A stretch of DNA of 64,000 nt from Macrostomum hystrix (lineage: Eukaryota > Animalia > Platyhelminthes): contig CATNEN010000032.1 in NCBI GenBank assembly GCA_950097015.1, forward strand, positions 2,356,001-2,420,000. Reading direction: 5' to 3'. Below, in pieces: positions 26,501 through 37,345 of this stretch (positions are counted from its first letter, which is position 1; every line of letters starts with the position of its first letter). The position numbers and the translations under genes were made by a program. Below the pieces are notes generated by a model. That model saw only the letters and a program-made list of their open reading frames with translations. It made no database searches and was not told where the DNA came from.

Positions 26501-28776
26501 AGCCATTTAGTGTTTGGGATTATTTGTGACTTAATACAGAGGGGAAATAGCAGATTTAGGGATTTTTAAGTCATTTAAGATAGGAGGTAAATGAGGATTG
26601 GTAAAGCCATTTAGTATTTGGGATTATTTGTGACTTAATACAGAGGGGAAATAGCAGATTTAGGGATTTTTTAAGTTATTTAAGATAGGAGGTAAATGAG
26701 GATTGGTAAAGCCATTTAGTGTTTGGGATTATTTGTGACTTAATACAGAGGGGAAATAGCAGATTTAGGGATTTTTTAAGTCATTTAGGATAAAGGAATG
26801 GGATATTTTGGGATCTGTGAAACGGCCAAACCCGAGCTTAAATCGATCGAGTCTTAACTAGACTCACCTGTCTTCTGCCCAGGGTGCTTGCCTGATCCAG
26901 CACAGTCAGCAGCAGGTGTCCCAATTCGTTAGTAACTACGCAGCGCCAGGTATCCAAGAACGCGTCCAGATTCTCTTGCGCCACTTTGGAGGCCGGGGTC
27001 AGCACCTCCAGGGCGCGCATGGATGTCAGCAGCATGTTGCCGAGGGTCTGGACGTAGTACTCCAGCCAGTCGGCTGCGGCCCACCAGCAGGGCGGGCATG
27101 AGTGCAGCTGGGAGATCAGCAGGCACACCGTGAGGCAGCGCTCCCAGGCCAGCTCAAAGCCGTGCCAGTCCAGAGACTGGGCGACCTGCACCGAGTGGCC
27201 AATCAGACCGCGCTCTCCAGCCAGCTGGCTGAGGATCTGCTGGTCTGGGAGGCGTGGACTGCTCCTGGACTGCCGCTCCTGCTGGCGCCTGCGAGAAGTT
27301 GATAGGAATAATGATGCACTGGAGTAGCTGATGGGATAACTGGAGTAGCTGATGGGATGACTGGAGTAGCTGATGGGATAACTGGAGTAGCTGATGGGAT
27401 AACTGGAGTAGCTGATGGGATGACTAGAGTAGCTGATGGGATGACTGGAGTAGCTGATGGGATAACTGGAGTAGCTGATGGGATAACTGGAGTAGCTGAT
27501 TGGATAACTGGAGTAGCTGATGGGATAACTGGAGTAGCTGATGGGATAACTGGAGTAGCTGATGGGATGACTGGAGTAGCTGATGGGATAACTGGAGTAG
27601 CTGATGGGATGACTAGAGTAGCTGATGGGATGACTGGAGTAGCTGATGGGATAACTGGAGTAGCTGATGGGATAACTGGAGTAGCTGATTGGATAACTGG
27701 AGTAGCTGATGGGATAACTGGAGTAGCTGATGGGATAACTGGAGTAGCTGATGGGATGACTGGAGTAGCTGATGGGATAACTGGAGTAGCTGATGGGATA
27801 ACTATCAAAGATTGCTTTAATGCTGAGAGGCTCGCTCACCTAGCAACCACATCAGCCAGGCTGTCCAGGCTGAGCCTCATGTGAGCAAGCACGTCGGCTC
27901 GCAGCCGCTGGGCGCAGGTGTTGTCCGGATGCCTCAAGTACAGCTTGGAGGCCGTGAGCTGTAATCCGACAGCTTTCTCCAGCGCTGACCGCATGTGGGC
28001 CAGCTTGCAGCGGGCAACTTCGCATTTCACATCCGCTTGGCGCTCGCCGGACAATTGTCCAAGCTGGACCATGTGCTGGCCGAGCTCAGCGAACTGCGAC
28101 ATGAACTCGGCGAAGCTGCCAGGGTTTGAGATCTCGGTTTAGTTATGATTCATTAACCAATTATTGATGGATTGCTTGATGGAATGTGTGAGAACCCAGG
28201 GACTGGACAGAGGCCTGGCTTGATGGAATGTGTGAGAACCCAGGTGCTGGACAGAGGCCTGGCTTGATGGAATGTGTGAGAACCCAGGAGCTGGACAGAG
28301 GCCTGGCTTGAAGAAACGCGTATCAAGACAATGAATTAATAGCTAGAAAAAGAACGGCAGCTAATGCCGCACCTGCTCCTCTTAGCCAGCTCCGTGAGGC
28401 AGGTGGTGACTCGGTCTTTGGCCGCCAGCAGCTGCAGCACTGTGGCCTGATCGCCCAGCACCAGCACCCTAGTGACAGCCTGCACCAATCGTTTAGCAGC
28501 CTGCACTAAGCTGTGCCTATCGCAGGCATAGACCACACCTCGGCCTGGCTCCAGTTGGTACTGAGTCTGCTGCACAATTGCCTGACCTGCCTGCCTAGCC
28601 AGGTGACAGGCTTCGCTGAGCTCGGCGGCTAATTGAGGATTTTCGCCAGCGACCAGCTGACCGGCCGACACGAACTGTTCCACAGCCTGGCCGACACGGG
28701 TGCCCATTTCGCTCACCAGCTGGGCTGTGCGCTCGGTTTTGCCCAGGTCGCATCGGCTGCTGAGAAGGCTTTGAAT
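14521..28776 (-). CDS. CTNNAL1-like: alpha-catulin-like (vinculin/alpha-catenin family) gene; exons 28776-28373, 28115-27840, 27288-26868 and probably 14706-14521
   Basis: Translations [48 protein letters not shown] and [17 protein letters not shown] match alpha-catulin motifs; canonical splice sites with consistent phases. The distal exon is linked by phase 0 and its SLPKP motif (this link is less certain). First coding exon not found. Confidence 0.8.
14728..15264. repeat. near-perfect 15-bp minisatellite (GGACTGGAGATGAAG)n
   Basis: About 35 almost identical units next to the minus-strand acceptor at 14707. Confidence 0.97.
15645..19512. repeat. 3.9-kb array of 25-bp units (CTCCCATTCTCACTCTAATCCAAAT)n with higher-order variant cycling
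   Basis: Direct tandem repeat with recurrent variant order. Confidence 0.97.
20030..21010. repeat. pyrimidine-rich array switching from about 17-bp units to 33-bp units
   Basis: CTCACTCTCTCACCCCT units give way near 20545 to units carrying TATCCGCTAACA. Confidence 0.9.
21775..22058. repeat. 35-bp repeat, about 8 copies (CCACTGAAATCCCACCATAATTCAGGCAGTGAATG)
   Basis: Direct tandem repeat. Confidence 0.95.
22425..23480. repeat. 10/13-bp minisatellite (GAAATCTAGT / GATCAAATCTAGT)
   Basis: Direct tandem repeat. Confidence 0.95.
24244..25636. repeat. 33-34-bp minisatellite (GGACAGCCCATCTTGGACACAATGGGATAACAGT)n
   Basis: Direct tandem repeat; internal CCCAT/ATGGG inverted repeat. Confidence 0.96.
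26455..26790. repeat. 104-105-bp tandem repeat, 3 copies plus a partial
   Basis: AAGTCATTTAAG-like anchors at 26464, 26568, 26673 and 26778. Confidence 0.9.
27318..27803. repeat. 21-bp intronic minisatellite (ACTGGAGTAGCTGATGGGATA)n
   Basis: Fills the catulin intron 27289-27839. Confidence 0.96.
28175..28310. repeat. 44-bp repeat, 3 copies, in a catulin intron
   Basis: GGCTTGATGGAATGTGTGAGAACCCAGG units. Confidence 0.9.
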
Positions 28777-30559
28777 CTGGTTAAATTTTTGTGAGGCTAG
28801 AGTTGAAAATGCTATTTATAGCACTGTTGTCTAAGGCATGTTATGAAAAATGTATTGAAGGAAAGCATAAACGTTTTAAAAAATATCTTGGCAAAACATT
28901 TCTTCTATCAATTTCATCTCTAAATTGTTGATTTAAAAATTGTCATGTGCAGCATTTCAATACTATATAGATTAAACTCAAGATACATACATTTTATAAG
29001 AAAAAAGCAAGAAACACAGACTGTTCAATGCTTCGTAGAGTGAGATGGAAAAAACAAGAAAATGAGTAGCTAAAATTGTATTAAAGAGAAACGTTGGGTA
29101 TATGCACTCATTATCATAACTGTATGTATAACTTATAGGCCTAGCAAACATTTGCTTAGTTACAATTGATACTTACATTGAAATGTAAGTTGCAGTATCT
29201 GAGATATATGAAACTGAATGTTTAATTTCATGTAAAAATGTATTTTAATATGAATGTATACAATATTCAATACAGCAATACTTGTAAATGTTATCAAGAA
29301 CAAGCACCTTTAAACAAATTAACTATATGTCATGTTTATGTTATGAACTTTTTAAACAATTTGCAGAAAAAAATTGCCAATCTACAAAAATTTATTGGAT
29401 ACTCGCAAAAACAGAAAGTGCAAATTTATTATATTTTGTACACTTATAAAATGAGTTTTCTAAACTTACATGTTTCACAAAAGGAAATAGAGCTTTTTCA
29501 ATTGACTTCGAATGTACATGAGATATTAAAGCCGTCACATCGTCATTGCTGAAACTATTCATTGTCCCGTTTAATTTCGGAATCTTTATAAATTAAAGTA
29601 TTCAGGCAAGTGATATTTGCTCAGGCCTAATCATGACTTCTTGTTGTTTATGCTGCGATCACTGTGAATCATCTCATTGATCCACAATTGTTTGCTGGAG
29701 ATATAGCAAATTTTAAATGCACACAATACTTTAGGTTGCATTTATTATCAAATATAAAGCATTCGAATTCACTTTGGTGTACTCATTAACTCAGACTTTA
29801 AGGCTAGTAACTAAGGCTTCGACGCCTACCAGTGAGTTGAGCATGATCCAATTATTTTTTCTAGAATTTAAAGCGATAACTCGAATTAGAAAACGCAAAC
29901 AAATAAAATTCCTAGTAATATAAGTGTTTACGAACTAAAGTAACTTTAAAAGCCTCATTCTTATATTTTAACAGCGACTTACTTACAAAAAGCAAAAGCA
30001 CGCTTACTGTAGAAAATATTTTGCTTTATTTCATATCGTTGTGACGTCCGGAAAAGAATTTATTGTCACAGTTCTTAGAAAAACCTACAACAAAATAAGT
30101 TTATGCGTTGATTAGGACAGGAGAGTACTTCTGTGATTATAATTTATCTTTACTTCGTTGGCCTACTCACAATTGTTTTACTTAAGAGCATAGCTGCACA
30201 ATATTTATAAAAAAGTTTTTTAAACATTTAATGTCCCATGCTTGCATATCGGTCATAATTTTTTATCTAAATTAATTGTCTAGGCCTATTAAAAATACAA
30301 TTATTAATATTTTTTAGTAGGAAAACTATATACTGAAGCAATTTTTTGCTTCCGTACACCTGCCAAAATCGGGTCAGATGTCAAAACGATCAGCTTGATT
30401 CTTAATTTTTAGTGAATATTGTTTAGGGGTTTAAAACATAATTTACAATGGACTGAAAATTTTAAATGCAGAAATGAAAACACAAAAACACTGAGGCTTA
30501 CACTAAATTTACTTTCACAGATCTCAACTTCTCGACCAGGTCTGTCAAGGTCCACTTCG

Positions 30560-30993
30560 GATCCTAGACACTTTGTCATCTTACAGCTTCATCATCTTAC
30601 AACTTGGTCATCCACTTGGAAGGTAGGACACTTTGTCATCCAGCCAATTGGCATGCTTTAAAGTTTGGTCAGTTTGTCATCTACTAATAACAAGCAATCA
30701 AGTTTTTCATCAATAAAGTGAGGGTGGGGTGGTTTGGCAGAGGTGTGAACACACTTCACACTCTAAATTGTCAAAAAGAGGTGTCAAAACTGATTTCATT
30801 ATAAGAGTTGAAAGATAGGTTCCAACACGATGTGAGAGGTGGGGAGGGGTGGTTCTGTTCTAACTTTGAAAACTTTTGTTTTATAGATGACGAAGTGTCC
30901 ACAAGTCTAAGTCTCTTCATCATCCACCCTCTGAGATATTGGACAGATTGTCATCTGGATAACAAAGTTGTAAGATGACGAAGTGTCAAGGTA
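30560..30993. mobile_element. MITE-like foldback element
   Basis: Left GACACTTTGTCATCTTACAGCTT (30567) and right AAGTTGTAAGATGACGAAGTGTC (ends 30987) are imperfect inverted repeats; internal copies at about 30627 and 30886; no ORF; no clear target-site duplication. Confidence 0.5.
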
Positions 30994-31249
30994 CCTTCCA
31001 TAGATTTCCATTTCCATTGGGTAGTCAGGTAGTCAAGCAGGAATTGTTAGAAAGTGTTGTGTAAAAACTTGTGCTAGTCTATATCTATAACTATTCTACA
31101 GGATAGCTGATGTGGCAGGGTGACAAGCCATTTCGGGTTTATCAGGGATTAGCAAAGCTGCAAATTCAAAGCAAGTTCCAACTAAAAATAAACTTTCTAT
31201 TTCATCATATTTTCATTAGGCCTATAAACTCCACTAAAATTATTCTAGT

Positions 31250-31300
31250 AGAGTCAGGGATTGAACCCACAACACTCGAGTCATGAGTCCAATGTCTTAT
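31250..31300 (-). mobile_element. degenerate tRNA-like fragment related to the element at 33487
   Basis: Minus strand reads TTGGACTCATGACTCGAGTGTTGTGGGTTCAATCCC. Confidence 0.4.
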
Positions 31301-32456
31301 AATCTTATATACTTATGTCTAATTTGTATTCTCTATTTATTACTAGTTGGAATTTTAGACTGAAGCCTAAAATAGTTGCATGCAGGAGATCATGTCATAT
31401 ACAGAATAAATTTCCAGTACAAATTTGCAATACCTATTGTAATTGCACAATTGTAAGACATACTTACCTTATAGTATATTGGTCTATAAAAGTTGTTTCT
31501 TGGTATTTAACAATTTCACTACTGGTGCACACTATATTCTGAATTATGTTCCTTTCTCACTAAATAGAGAATCCAAAAGTCAACATTAGGTCACATGGAA
31601 TTTAGAAATTAGATTCAGGCCAAAAGGTTGCTGACACTTCATCTGCTTGTTTATAGACCAGGGGTCAGCAACCTTTATATATTGTATGTATACTTTTTCA
31701 TACTGGTGTACCTGTTGCATTTCAAAAACACAGCACACACAGCATAATCATATCTGGCTATTTTTATGAGGCCTAGTTAGTTAATAGCTATATACTGTAT
31801 TATACAGATGTATGTTTTTGTCTTTGATTTGTCTAAACTTATTTGTTTAGGAATCCTTAGGAGTTCTTGGCTATTATGCATTATAATTATTCATTATAAT
31901 TATCCACTCTAGCAGAGTAGGTCATGTTGTCAATTTTCTCTAGAGGCTATGTACTTCTTTCTTAACAACTTAAGCTAGAATTTGCTTGTATAGTAGATAC
32001 TTTATTTTGCAAAATGAAGTATCTAGATATGCTAAGGTCACATGCTATAAATCTGTATATGTTAGATGCAAAATGATGGCCATTTAATGTAATTACTACC
32101 CTCATGCAGAAGCTTATAAAAGATTATGCTAATATATTATAGAGATGCAAAATCATATTACCTTTTGATTTATTAAGCTTTATGAACACAACCTATGCAC
32201 AAAATTATAATATCTGAAAGCGCAGTAACGGTATGCATACAACTCGTCCTTTTTCTGTTTCTGGCTTTCTCTGTTGTAAGCCAGAAAATTTAGGGTGAAA
32301 CATGTTACATGCCTACCCAGTGTACCTGCCAACCCACCTATCCACCAAGTATCAGTAATTAAGGAGGAAGGATTGAAGTTAATGCCTGGTATAGTATAAT
32401 ATTTGTAACCTATATTATACGTAATCTATAATGCATTTTCTAGCAGTTTTCTAGTC

Positions 32457-35400
32457 ATGTCCGACATGGATGAAGTTGACGGCAGTGGCGCCGGCCCCGC
32501 CACTGGCAGCGACTGCGGTGATAGCGATGTTGGCGCCGGTGACAGCGTGTCGCCAATTAGGATGACGCTGCGTCGAAAGCTGGCCCAGGTGATGCGCGAC
32601 GCCGTAGTGGTGACAGACGCCGACAGTCCGGATGGCAAAGCGCGCGTTCTTTGCCCTTCGTGCGACAAGTCGCTGTACGATAAGGCGGCCCTACGGGTGC
32701 ATTTTAAATCGGTGCACCTGAAGATTGTTTACCGGTGCACTGTGCCCCGCTGTCCGCTCTGGTTCAACACCAAATGGTCCCGCAATCGTCACGTGGCCAA
32801 TAAGAATCCGGGCGTGCACGATGGCCCGCCCAAGCCGCTGCCGGAGGGCGCCATATTTGCCGATGACGACGAGCCGTCGTCTGGCCCAGGCCTCGCTGAT
32901 TCGACGCCAACTTCGACGCCAACTAAACGATCAGCTTCGGCTTCGAATTCTTTGATGTCGCCGCCTCCGCCGCCGCCTCAGCCGCAGCCGCAGCCGCAGC
33001 CGCCGCCTCAGCCGCAGCCGCCGACGCCGACACAGCCGCAACCGCAGTTGCAGCCTCAGCCGCCACAGCCAGCGGCCCAGCCGACTCCGCCACCGCCGGC
33101 TCAGCAGCAGACTCAGCCGTCTCAGTTGGCTGTTGTGCGACCTTCCATGCCCGGAGCTGCTCCGATAGCGTCTGGCGCTAATTGCCTGCCACTGCGCGTG
33201 GCTTTGGAGCGGCTGCTGGACGCTCTGCAGCGCACCGACCCCAGCCAGAACTTTGCCTATCCGCCGCTGGATTCGGCCAGTTCAACAGCTCAGCCAGCCG
33301 ATCTGCACAGCCTCCGCCAGCTGGTGCGCGCCGGCCGGTATCGAACCTACGGCGCGTTCCGTCGCGACTTCCTGGCGCTGGTGGACGCGTTCGGGCGAAG
33401 GCACGCCAGAGATGCGGCTCTGCGAGAGGCGGCGCAGGTAAATTGAAATGATTATCTATTTGAAATAGTGGCAGTAGTTTAACTGCGGTTGTAGCCTAGC
33501 GGTTAGAGCGTTGGACTCACAACTTGAAGGTCCTGGGTTCGATTACCGACTACACAGCAACGATTTATGTTATTCAGCAAGACGTTTGACTCTGCATTGC
33601 TTTAATTCACCCAGCTGTTAAATGGGTACTAATATTAGCTGAGGTAATTAATGGTGGGTGTGGCGTCCCCCCAGTCCATGGACAAGCCGTACACAGCCTT
33701 CAGATGCGCCGCTCAACAGCTGCAGCTGTGCTGTGGTAGTAGTATCAGTTGTCAGTAGTAGTAGCTAGCAGTAGCGGTGTAGTGTATGGTATCTGTGCGC
33801 GTGAGTCAGCGGGAATAACTGTCTATGGTATACGGCGGTAGTAACTATGCCTCGTCATATTTTTTTTAACTTTTCCTCAAGATTTAGTTGTGTACTTTTC
33901 CTTCTGATAACAGGTTATGTCTGAGAATCTGGCAGCTCTGGAGGCTCAGGTGCTCAGGTCTGGCGGCAACAATCCGTTCTGTCTGCATCCGCATCTGGTT
34001 GCTAACCCGGATCTGGCTGAAGCCGCTGCAATGGAGTCATCCGCTGATTCGACTAGTCGGGCAGTCGGTGAAGAGTCGGCCTCAAAGGAAGCGTCGCTGA
34101 CCACCCTGACAACCGCGTCCCAGCAGCGGCAGCAACAGCAGCAGCGTCGCGGTCAGACAATCGGAGAACAGGTCGGCCGTCTGCAGAGCGGCTCGACCTG
34201 CCTGATGGGATTCAGGGAGGACAAGCGGAATCGAGTGGCGCCGTTTAGGTTGGTTCTGCTTTGATTTGGCCTTTCGCCCGCTTACTCAGGTTGTGTCATC
34301 AATCTTCAGGCACTCACTCAGGTTGTGTCATCAATCTTCAGGCACTCACTCAGGTTGTGTCATCAATCTTCAGACACTCACTCATGTTGTGTCATCAATC
34401 TTCAGGCACTCACTCAGGTTGTGTCATCAATCTTCAGGCACTCACTCAGGTTGTGTCATCAATCTTCAGGCACTCACTCAGGTTGTGTCATCAATCTTCA
34501 GGCACTCACTCAGGTTGTGCCATCAATCTTGCACTCACTCAGGTTGTGCCATCAATCTTCAGGCACTCACTCATGTTGTGTCATCAATCTTCAGGCACTC
34601 ACTCATGTTGTGTCATCAATCTTCAGGCACTCACTCATGTTGTGTCATCAATCTTCAGGCACTCACTCAGGTTGTGCCATCAATCTTCAGGCACTCACTC
34701 AGGTTGTGCCATCAATCTTGTACTCACTCAGGTTGTGCCATCAATCTTCAGGCACTCACTCATGTTGTGTCATCAATCTTCAGGCACTCACTCAGGTTGT
34801 GTCATCAATCTTCAGGCACTCACTCAGGTTGTGTCATCAATCTTCAGGCACTCACTCAGGTTGTGTCATCAATCTTCAGGCACTCACTCAGATTGTGTCA
34901 TCAATCTTCAGGCACTCACTCAGGTTGTGTCATCAATCTTCAGGCACTCACTCAGGTTGTGCCATCAATCTTGCACTCACTCAGGTTGTGCCATCAATCT
35001 TCAGGCACTCACTCATGTTGTGTCATCAATCTTCAGGCACTCACTCATGTTGTGTCATCAATCTTCAGGCACTCACTCATGTTGTGTCATCAATCTTCAG
35101 GCACTCACTCAGGTTGTGCCATCAATCTTCAGGCACTCACTCAGGTTGTGCCATCAATCTTGTACTCACTCAGGTTGTGCCATCAATCTTCAGGCACTCA
35201 CTCATGTTGTGTCATCAATCTTCAGGCACTCACTCAGGTTGTGTCATCAATCTTCAGGCACTCACTCAGGTTGTGTCATCAATCTTCAGGCACTCACTCA
35301 GGTTGTGTCATCAATCTTGTACTCACTTAGGTTGTGCCATCAATCTTCAGGCACTCACTCATGTTGTGTCATCAATCTTCAGGCACTCACTCAGGTTGTG

Positions 35401-36027
35401 CCATCAATCTTGCACTCACTCAGGTTGTGTCAACAATCTTCAGGAACTCACTCAGGTTGTGCCATCAATCTTGCACTCACTCAGGTTGTGTCATCAATCT
35501 TCAGGAACTCACTCAGGTTGTGTCATCAATCTTCAGGCACTCACTCAGGTTGTGTCATCAATCTTCAGGCACTCACTCAGGTTGTGTCATCAATCTTCAG
35601 GCACTCACTCAGGTTGTGTCATCAATCTTCAGGCACTCACTCAGGTTGTGCCTGATTAATTTGTTATGAGCGCAAACTCCAGTCTAATCCCTGCAATCCC
35701 AGGCCAGTGTACTACGATCCGTTCTCATCGTTCGGCCCCTGCTACGACTCCGGCAAGGCCTCGGCCACCCTGGAGGACACCCAGCTGCTGTCTGAGCAGG
35801 TTCCTGTTGGCTGCACCCTGGACTATCGGCCCGATGCTGTGCCCGGCGGGGACCAGTTCGCCTTTCATTTCTTAGCCGCTTACGCCAAGGACCACCCGGA
35901 TTTGTTCCTTGGTGACTCCGAGCCAAGCGAGATGAACGCATCGCTGCTGTCCGGCAGTGGATCCACATCCGATCAGCTGCGACTGGCCAGACAGGTGCTT
36001 GACAACGGACTGCTAGACTGCGACTGA
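32457..36027 (+). CDS. chimeric protein (546 aa): Disco/basonuclin-type C2H2 finger pair, P/Q linker, degenerate BRD7/BRD9-type bromodomain and DUF3512-like region; exons 32457-33437, 33914-34248, 35703-36027
   Basis: CPSCDKSLYDKAALRVHFKSVHLKIVYRCTVPRCPLWFNTKWSRNRHVANKNPGVH matches the disco/BNC signature; PLRVALERLLDALQRTDPSQNFAYP matches the BRD7 bromodomain start; GRLQSGSTCLMGFREDKRNRVAP and YDPFSSFGPCYDS match the BRD7 C-terminal region; splice phases 0 and 2 are consistent. Confidence 0.85.
33487..33720 (+). mobile_element. tRNA-derived SINE-like insertion in intron 1 of the chimera, with a CORE-like motif
   Basis: A box TAGCCTAGCGG, B box GGTTCGATT, broken cloverleaf; downstream CAGCTGTTAAATGGGTACTAATA resembles the MIR/CORE motif CTGTAAAATGGG. 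Confidence 0.55.
34280..35655. repeat. 32-bp intronic minisatellite (TCAGGTTGTGTCATCAATCTTCAGGCACTCAC)n
   Basis: Fills intron 34249-35702. Confidence 0.96.
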
Positions 36028-36499
36028 CACTTAGGAATGCGGACATCCAATGCTTAATAGTAGAACGACCACACAACTGGATTCTATGGCTTGTAAATCC
36101 TTGTTTTCAAGGTGTTGTTCTATCTATTCTATATTATTATAACAATTATTATTTATTTCTGCGGTTTAAATCGTAAACTAGCATCCTTACAGTGTAAGCC
36201 CTCCTATGCAGAGTATGAGTTCATGCGATTCTTTATTCATTTGCAGAAGCTGCTTTTTTGTTTAACGTTTTCTGTACGCGTGTTTTGTTAGTTTTTTCCA
36301 CTGGCAAAGCAGCGGGCAGACACCATTGCGTATCTTTTGGAAATTGGCTGAATTCAGAATTTAACCTTTGTTTAGTTATGAGATCTTCTTCCACAGTGAC
36401 TTCAACTGGCCTTCAATCAATTTACATCGCAACTCTCTTCTCACATCCTCTTCCTACTTGATCTCCCCCCTCCTACTTTCTGCATTTTCCCTTTGTATC

Positions 36500-37345
36500 T
36501 GTCTTTTCCTCTGCCTCTTCCCCTCTGCCTCTTATCCTCTGCCTCTTCCCCTCTGCCTCTTCCCCTCTGCCTCTTCCCCTCTGCCTCTTCCCCCCTGCCT
36601 CTTCCCCTCTGCCTCTTCCCCCCTGCCTCTTCCCCTCTGCCTCTTCCCCTCTGCCTCTTCCCCTCTGCCTCTTCCCCTCTGCCTCTTCCCCTCTGCCTCT
36701 TCCCCTCTGCCTCTTCCCCTCTGCCTCTTCCCCCTGCCTCTTCCCCTCTGCCTCTTCCCCTCTGCCTCTCCCTATCTGCCTCTTCCCCCCTGCCTCTTCC
36801 CCTCTGCCTCTTCCCCCCTGCCTCTTCCCCTCTGCCTCTTCCCCCTGCCTCTTCCCCTCTGCCTCTTCCCCCTGCCTCTTCCCCTCTGCCTCTTCCCCCC
36901 TGCCTCTTCCCCTCTGCCTCTTCCCCTCTGCCTCTCCCTATCTGCCTCTTCCCCTCTGCCTCTTCCCCTCTGCCTCTCCCTATCTGCCTCTTCCCCTCTG
37001 CCTCTTCCCCTCTGCCTCTCCCTATCTGCCTCTTCCCCTCTGCCTCTCCCTATCTGCCTCTTCCCCTCTGCCTCTCCCTATCTGCCTCTTCCCCTCTGCC
37101 TCTTCCCCTCTGCCTCTTCCCCTCTGCCTCTTCCCCTCTGCATCTCCCTATCTGCCTCTTCCCCTCTGCCTCTTCCCCTCTGCCTCTTCCCCTCTGCCTC
37201 TTCCCCTCTGCCTCTTCCCCTCTGCCTCTCCCCATCTGCCTCTTCCCCTCTGCCTCTTCCCCTCTGCCTCTTCCCCTCTGCCTCTTCCCCTCTGCCTCTT
37301 CCCATCTGCCTCTCCGCATCTTCCTCTCCCCATCTGCCTCTTCCT
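36500..37345. repeat. polypyrimidine 15-bp array (CTCTGCCTCTTCCCC)n
   Basis: Direct tandem repeat. Confidence 0.95.

Noticed and set aside
33487-33560. Possible tRNA-Val(CAC) gene
   Set aside because: Acceptor and anticodon stems do not pair; treated as a SINE head
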